Positions 58,429 to 64,000 of a DNA stretch of 64,000 nt are shown piece by piece (positions within the stretch are counted from its first letter, which is position 1; the number at the start of each line of letters is the position of its first letter). Position numbers and translations under genes: made by a program. The stretch comes from an uncultured Chloroflexia bacterium (GTDB taxonomy: Bacteria > Chloroflexota > Anaerolineae > Anaerolineales > E44-bin32): contig CAVZPO010000029.1 in the NCBI GenBank assembly GCA_963777165.1, positions 12,389 to 76,388 of the forward strand, written 5' to 3'. The notes under the pieces are model-generated. The model had not been told where the DNA came from, searched no databases, and saw only the letters and a program-made list of their open reading frames with translations.

Positions 58429-59070
58429 ATGTACAGGTATGCCCTTGTGCTGCTCTTGGTGGGAGCGTTCACGCTCAGCTGCGCGGTGACCGGCGCCACG
58501 CCCGCGCCGGCTGGTGAGACCGGGGTCTTGTTTCAGGACGATTTCTCGGACCCGGGATCCGGTTGGGATCAGGTCTCATTCGAGACCGGATTGACCGACT
58601 ACGCGGACGGCGTCTACCGGATCTACGTCAACGAAGCCAGCGTGGACTACTGGGCCAATCCTGGGCGCAGCTACACCGATGTGCGCGTGGAGGTCGAGGC
58701 CACCAAGGTCGGCGGATCGGATGACAACGACATGGGGATCATCTGCCGCTACCAGGACGCGGACAACTTCTACTTTGCCGTCATCTCGAGTGACGGGTTT
58801 GCCGGTATCGTCAAGGCGGAAGGTGGAGAGCAGACTCCGATTTCGAGTGAGGCGCTCGAAGCCTCGGATGCCGTGCGGAAGGGCGACACCACCAACACCA
58901 TCCGCTTCGATTGCGTGGGGGATTCGCTCACCCTGCTGGTTAACGGCACACAGGTCGCCACCGCCACTGACGCCGAGTGGTCAAAGGGCGATGTGGGGCT
59001 CGTAGCGGGTACATTCGATACGCCTGGCACAGACGTTCACTTCGACAACTTCGTCGTCCGAGAACCCTAG
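58429..59070 (+). CDS. Lipoprotein with concanavalin/DUF1080-like beta-sandwich domain
   Basis: Lipobox TLSC; FQDDFSD..SGW, GIICR, GDVGL, FDNF; GAGGAGG SD. Confidence 0.7.
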   Translation: MYRYALVLLLVGAFTLSCAVTGATPAPAGETGVLFQDDFSDPGSGWDQVSFETGLTDYADGVYRIYVNEASVDYWANPGRSYTDVRVEVEATKVGGSDDNDMGIICRYQDADNFYFAVISSDGFAGIVKAEGGEQTPISSEALEASDAVRKGDTTNTIRFDCVGDSLTLLVNGTQVATATDAEWSKGDVGLVAGTFDTPGTDVHFDNFVVREP

Positions 59071-59139
59071 CGAGGCCGAGGCGTTTTGATTGCGAGGGGA
59101 GCCGGTAAGAAGCTTCCTGTGCGCCACGGAATGGAAAGC

Positions 59140-59170
59140 AAGGCGGGCCGCGCTCTGCGCGGCCCGCCTT
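59140..59170. terminator. Perfect 14-bp hairpin between convergent genes
   Basis: AAGGCGGGCCGCGC-TCT-GCGCGGCCCGCCTT. Confidence 0.7.
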
Positions 59171-59189
59171 CGCGGTTCAGCGGATTGGG

Positions 59190-59387
59190 CTAGCGGCCGG
59201 TGCGCGTAACGGACGAAGGGCGGGAGTCGCCTGGCGACGCGGGCGACATGCGCCGGAAGACATCCAATGCCGTCGCCCGCAGCAGGGCGGCCGACTCGGT
59301 GTCGATCCGCTTCTGCTCTGGGTGGGGTCGGCGCAGCTCGTCGATGGGCGTGGCCTTCATCGTTTGCCATCCGTCATAGGGCAGCAT
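59190..59387 (-). CDS. Small hypothetical protein (65 aa)
   Basis: GAGGTG SD just before ATG, candidate -10 TATCCT at 59441-59446, hairpin 20 nt past the stop. Confidence 0.55.
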   Translation of the reverse strand: MLPYDGWQTMKATPIDELRRPHPEQKRIDTESAALLRATALDVFRRMSPASPGDSRPSSVTRTGR

Positions 59388-59582
59388 CGTTCACCTCGCT
59401 GCCAGACTGGATGCAAGTTCCGGGCCGGGGCAGGCGCTGGAGGATAGGGCTCTGGTACTACCGGACGGAATGATGGCCGGGGATCGAGCTGGGCGTCGGT
59501 GGGCAGACGCCGTCTGGGCTTGGGGCGCAACCTGAGCGGGCGGGAAATCACTCAGACGAGAAGGACGGCGAAACCCGAACGG

Positions 59583-61190
59583 CTAGGGTGAGGCCGGGGG
59601 CCAGATGTCCGGCCACAGCCACCGGGGCTGGTCCGCGACCGCCCGGAGCTCTTCCTCGTTCACCCAGCCGGAGGTCTCCGAGAAGGCGACCTTCCACCAG
59701 TGGGCCCCACGAGCGAGGACGCCATCGGTCTGTTCGGTGTGAGCGACGATCTCTCCGACAATCCCCTCGGGGAGCAAGGCGGCGACGTCGAAGTTGTCAC
59801 CCGGGCCCAGCCGGAGCTGCGTCTCTGCCACGGTGACCACGGTCTGGGAGGGCTTGAAGCGGCGGGAGTTCTCGGGCGGCTCGACGACGATCATCATCAG
59901 CCCGTTCGCCACCTGGCGCTCGGTGCCGTCGGAGGGTACGTTCCGGACCCTGCCTTGCACCCACATCGTCGACGATCCGCCGCCGTCCTGGTTGATGCCC
60001 CACCTCGCACCGAGCGTGTCGCGGCAGAAGCGTCCGAGCTCGTCGATGGTCATGCCGATGCTGCGGCCGGGATCGCGCCCGTCGACGACGACGAAGAAGA
60101 TCCAGTCGTCATTGAAACACACGGCCGTGCGCGGGTTTCGTGCGGTTGCGCCGAGATCCGTGAAGGTCCGAATGTCCCCGTCGAGCAGAAAGTCAAAGCT
60201 GCCCCCCACACCGGCGTAGGTCTTGGTCCAGTCCAGCCCCTGCCAGGTGTTGCAGTGAGGGCCAAGGTCGGTGATCTCGAGGGAGACGCCGATTTCATCT
60301 CCCGGCCGTGCGTAGCGTTCGAGCAGCGTGCGCGCGCTGCCAGACGCCGAGACAATGATGGAGTTGAAGGGCAGGGCGGCGGGAATGACGTCCGCCCGCA
60401 GCTCGCGGATCGTCCCGCGGGCCATGGCGGGCAAAGGAAGGATCAGGAGGGGGCGCTCCATCTCGACCAGCATGTTGATGCGGCCGATGCCGACGCTCGG
60501 CGGGAGCCCTGAGCCGGGGGTGAGCACAATCAAGTCGTTCCCCTCGCCCTCGACATCGACCCCATCGATGGGTTGGGTAGCGCGGCGGGTCAGGTAGCTG
60601 AGAACCTGCTTCTCCGGTCGGTGGAACACGCACTGCCCAATGAAAGCCTGCCGGTCGAGCGTCCAGGCGAACCCGCTGCCTCCCCCCAGGCTGCGGTACC
60701 ACTTGGTGTAGACACCGGAATGGACGACGCCGCTCTCCGGCACACCCGTGCTCGTGTCATAGAACGACCCGTTGATGGCAACGACCACCTGATTGCGGTT
60801 GCCCCACGTCCCGCCCCAGGCGTTGAGGGCCTGGTCGTAGCGCGGCGCCATTTGGCTGACCGTTTCTTTGCCGGCGCCGATCTCGCCCAGGGCGATGCCG
60901 CTGTCGATGATCAGGTCTTCTCGCGCTCGATCCATCCGCGCAACGTACGCCCGGTTCGGCCCGGGCAAGGAGAACTCGCGGTAGTCGATGCCATCGACCA
61001 GCGGCTGCCACCCGTCTTCTGCACCCGCCGGCGCCGAGGCGAGGGCCAGGAGGAGGAGGAGCAAAGCTGCCCGGGCGTACGCCGCGCCAAGGCGAACGCC
61101 ACGCGGCGCCGCGCGGCGAGCATGGCGGCCCGGGCGAACAGGCTTGGTATCGGGCGACGCGGCTCGAGCCGATCTGATTCGCAATGTCAT
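59583..61190 (-). CDS. Secreted phosphodiester glycosidase (NAGPA-like) with C-terminal SH3b-like domain; start uncertain
   Basis: AINGSFY, RNPRTAV, VVVDGR, NQDGGGSST, NVPSDG..RQVAN; tail LRLGPG..WWKV..GWV. Confidence 0.85.
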   Translation of the reverse strand: MTLRIRSARAASPDTKPVRPGRHARRAAPRGVRLGAAYARAALLLLLLALASAPAGAEDGWQPLVDGIDYREFSLPGPNRAYVARMDRAREDLIIDSGIALGEIGAGKETVSQMAPRYDQALNAWGGTWGNRNQVVVAINGSFYDTSTGVPESGVVHSGVYTKWYRSLGGGSGFAWTLDRQAFIGQCVFHRPEKQVLSYLTRRATQPIDGVDVEGEGNDLIVLTPGSGLPPSVGIGRINMLVEMERPLLILPLPAMARGTIRELRADVIPAALPFNSIIVSASGSARTLLERYARPGDEIGVSLEITDLGPHCNTWQGLDWTKTYAGVGGSFDFLLDGDIRTFTDLGATARNPRTAVCFNDDWIFFVVVDGRDPGRSIGMTIDELGRFCRDTLGARWGINQDGGGSSTMWVQGRVRNVPSDGTERQVANGLMMIVVEPPENSRRFKPSQTVVTVAETQLRLGPGDNFDVAALLPEGIVGEIVAHTEQTDGVLARGAHWWKVAFSETSGWVNEEELRAVADQPRWLWPDIWPPASP

Positions 61191-61383
61191 CAGCAGTTCG
61201 CCAATCCCATCTTCAGCCTCGCATGGATGACTGTCAGTCGCTCCGTTTGACCCCTGGCTGCGTCCTAGTATACCCAGTCACCGGGGCCATCGCCGGGGAG
61301 TCGGTCGGAACCGCCCAGCCTGACCCTGGATGTCGCCGGGGAGAGATTGCCCCAAGCGCAGACTTCGTATACAGTCGCAGGAC

Positions 61384-62338
61384 ATGGCCATGATGCAACC
61401 TCCCGAGCCCGAGACGCGCCGAATCGGCTGGCTCATCCTCCCATCGACGCGTCGCTTCTTCGAAGCCGCCGAGCGCGGCACGTATGTCATGGTCCCGCCG
61501 GCTGCATGGCTACTTCTACGCCCGCTGGACCTATCTCTACATTGGGATTGGGATTGGGGAACACCCGATCGCACGATGGATCGGCCCGTTGACGCGCGCC
61601 CTCGGTTCCAGGGCTCGGGCCTCCGGCCCCGACCATCCGACGACGGCCGACGGCTACCATGGGAAGGTGCTGCCTCTCGAGGCGGCACGGCAGTTGATCC
61701 GTGTCCAGGAATCGATTTCCCTGGGCGACCTCGAAAACGTCATCCCCTATCGGCTGGCCAGGGAGCTGGTGCTGGAAGACCCCGATCACATCGTGGCCTT
61801 GGAATGCCCCTGCCGCTCCGCCCGCGCAACTCCGTGTTTACCGCTCGACGTATGCCTGGTCGTCGGCGAGCCATTCGCAAGTTTCACGGCTGAGCACCAC
61901 TCCGGCCGAGCGCGGTGGATCACCTCCGGTGAGGCGGAGAGCATCCTGGAGCGCGAGCATGCGCGGGGGCATGTCCAGCATGCCTTCTTCAAGGATGCGA
62001 TGCTCGGGCGCTTCTACGCGATCTGCAACTGCTGCCCCTGCTGCTGCGGCGCGATGCAGGCCCATCGTCAGGGAACCCCCATGTTGGCCGCCTCCGGCTA
62101 TCGTGCCCTGGTCGATCCTGCAGGCTGCAGCGGGTGTGAGGTCTGTCTCGACGCCTGTCCATTCGACGCACTCCGGATGCAGGACTCCGTCCCGTTTCCC
62201 GAACCGGGGAAGTGCATGGGCTGCGGCGTGTGCGTCTCCGCCTGCACGGCCGGTGCGCTCTCCCTGGTGCGCGACCCTCAGCAAGGCATCCCCCTCGAGC
62301 TCGACCGCCTGATGCAGGCCGCGGCGGCGCGCGGCTGA
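61384..62338 (+). CDS. 4Fe-4S dicluster ferredoxin-domain protein (probable +1 frameshift near 61480)
   Basis: CPCR, ICNCCPCCC, CSGCEVCLDACP, CMGCGVCVSAC; the upstream frame (MAMMQ..PSTRRFFEAA) follows a TTGCCC-17-TACAGT promoter. Confidence 0.82.
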
Positions 62339-62383
62339 ACCGACCGTGGGAATCGGCAATGTGCTGCCCATGTTGAGCTACGT

Positions 62384-63343
62384 ATGACCGCCGCTCCTCG
62401 CCCCCGGCTGGAGATCGACTCGGGGATCGCGCGCGGCGTACGCGTGCGCGGGCTGAACCGCGCCTGCGACGCCATTCAGCGCCAGTTCGAGACCTCGTTG
62501 ACCCGGTCGGGACCGGATCAGGCGGATGCTCTGCGTTCCATGGGTGCCGAGATCCTCACCGTCCTCGAAATCGTCGGCGTGGCGTGCGATCGCGCCGATG
62601 TCAGCCCGCAGGAGTTCCCGCTTCCTGCTCGTCGTGCGTTCGCCTGGCTAGGACTGCTCGCGGACGCCGACCACCGCCGCACACACCTGCAAGCTCTTCA
62701 GGCTGCCGCAGCCGTCGATCCACGCGTGCGGACCCGCTTCTACAACTCCACGGCTCTATATCGGCTCTCGCCGCAAGACGGGGTGGTCCATCTGACCGCG
62801 CACGAGGCTTTCGTCGGCGCGCCGCAAGATGTGCTCCACGCGCTTGTGCGCCTGGGCGTGCCGTACTCGCGCAAGCGCGCCCTGCGCGCACGGGTGACGA
62901 CCCACACCGAAACGGCCGAATTCCGATCCGCCCTGGAGGGGCTGGACCGGTTCAACCGGCCTGCCGAAGACGCGGGACGGGGCCGCCACATCGACCTGGA
63001 TGCCGTCTACGCGCGCGTCGAACGCGCCTACTTCGGCGGTCGGATGGCCCGCCCTCACCTGGCTTGGAGCCGCAGCGTCTTGCGCCAGGAATTCGGCCGC
63101 TATGAAGCGTCGCGGGACACGGTCACGCTCAACCGCGCCCTGGACCAACCGGATGTCCCCGAGATGATTGTGGAGTACGTCATGTATCACGAGCTGCTCC
63201 ACAAGGCGTTGGGCGTTCGCATCCAGTCCGGCCGACGGCAGGTGCACAACCGTGCCTTCCGCGATGCGGAAGGGCGGTTCGTTCAGCGGGCAGAAGCTGA
63301 AGTCGCCTTGAAGCGACTGGGGGAACAACTCCGACGGGGTTGA
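62384..63343 (+). CDS. Zn-dependent hydrolase (SprT/YgjP-like)
   Basis: EYVMYHELLH..H motif, FGRY, LNRALD. Confidence 0.75.
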   Translation: MTAAPRPRLEIDSGIARGVRVRGLNRACDAIQRQFETSLTRSGPDQADALRSMGAEILTVLEIVGVACDRADVSPQEFPLPARRAFAWLGLLADADHRRTHLQALQAAAAVDPRVRTRFYNSTALYRLSPQDGVVHLTAHEAFVGAPQDVLHALVRLGVPYSRKRALRARVTTHTETAEFRSALEGLDRFNRPAEDAGRGRHIDLDAVYARVERAYFGGRMARPHLAWSRSVLRQEFGRYEASRDTVTLNRALDQPDVPEMIVEYVMYHELLHKALGVRIQSGRRQVHNRAFRDAEGRFVQRAEAEVALKRLGEQLRRG

Positions 63344-63454
63344 TCTTGCCTGCCGTGCGGGCAGTCGGAACGCAGCTCCCCGCTGGTGCTTCGAGGCGAG
63401 CATTGGCATAATTGCCCTGCTGGTCCGCACTCGATCCGACGGGAGAGGGAATCC

Positions 63455-64000
63455 ATGGGCTTTAACCTGCGCCACCGCAGCTTCCTCAAGGAACTCGATT
63501 TCACACCGGGAGAGCTGGAGTACCTGCTCAAGCTTTCCGCCGACCTCAAGGCCGCCAAGTACGGCGGGTACGAGAGGCCGAGGTTGAAAGGCAAGAACAT
63601 CGCCTTGATCTTCGAGAAGACGTCGACGCGCACCCGGTGCGCGTTCGAGGTGGCGGCCCTCGATCAAGGCGCTCACGTCACCTACCTTGGTCCGGAGGGC
63701 TCGCAGATCGGCCACAAGGAGTCGATGAAGGATACGGCGCGCGTGCTCGGGCGCATGTATGACGGGATCGAGTACCGGGGCTTCGCGCAGGCTACGGTCG
63801 AGACGCTGGCGGCATACGCAGGCGTGCCGGTTTGGAACGGGCTGACCGACCAGTTCCACCCGACGCAGACGCTGGCCGACGTCCTGACGATGAGCGAGCA
63901 CTGCGAGAAGCCTCTTGGCCAGATCGCTTTCTGCTACCTGGGAGACGCGCGGAACAACATGGGTAACTCGCTGATGGTGATGGGGTGCAAGCTTGGCATG
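63455..64000 (+). CDS. argF: Ornithine carbamoyltransferase (3' truncated by window edge)
   Basis: [12 protein letters not shown].., [43 protein letters not shown]. Confidence 0.95.
   Translation, partial: MGFNLRHRSFLKELDFTPGELEYLLKLSADLKAAKYGGYERPRLKGKNIALIFEKTSTRTRCAFEVAALDQGAHVTYLGPEGSQIGHKESMKDTARVLGRMYDGIEYRGFAQATVETLAAYAGVPVWNGLTDQFHPTQTLADVLTMSEHCEKPLGQIAFCYLGDARNNMGNSLMVMGCKLGM

Overview
High-GC bacterial chromosome window, probably Chloroflexota (Anaerolineae-like). The assignment is inferred from the RpoB insertion, EF-Tu and RecA motifs, a Gram-positive-type SOS box and many lipoproteins. Layout: pentose-phosphate operon (tkt-rpiB-tal/pgi), a PD-(D/E)xK nuclease gene and recA, lipid genes, a radical SAM-HhH fusion, GH114 and SGNH lipoproteins, a SAM by-product recycling operon (mtnA-adenosine kinase-GNAT-ahcY), a TPR lytic transglycosylase, an uncharacterised APC permease/metallophosphoesterase/nucleotidyltransferase triad, rpoB (no rpoC in the window), the str-S10-spc-alpha ribosomal cluster to rpsI, then mazG, pckA and miscellaneous genes ending in argF. 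Seven single-base insertions break genes, including rpoB, fusA and tuf, and are most likely read errors. Best leads: (1) a structured ~210-nt orphan element at 13174-13380 resembling the bridge-RNA-bearing non-coding end of an IS110 element with no transposase (6S-like RNA is the alternative); (2) the permease/phosphoesterase/NTase module; (3) a catalytically dead transaldolase domain fused to PGI; (4) the radical SAM-PolX-HhH fusion. Several intergenic gaps hold decayed gene remnants. No CRISPR array, tRNA or rRNA was seen. All family calls come from motif recognition, not database searches.
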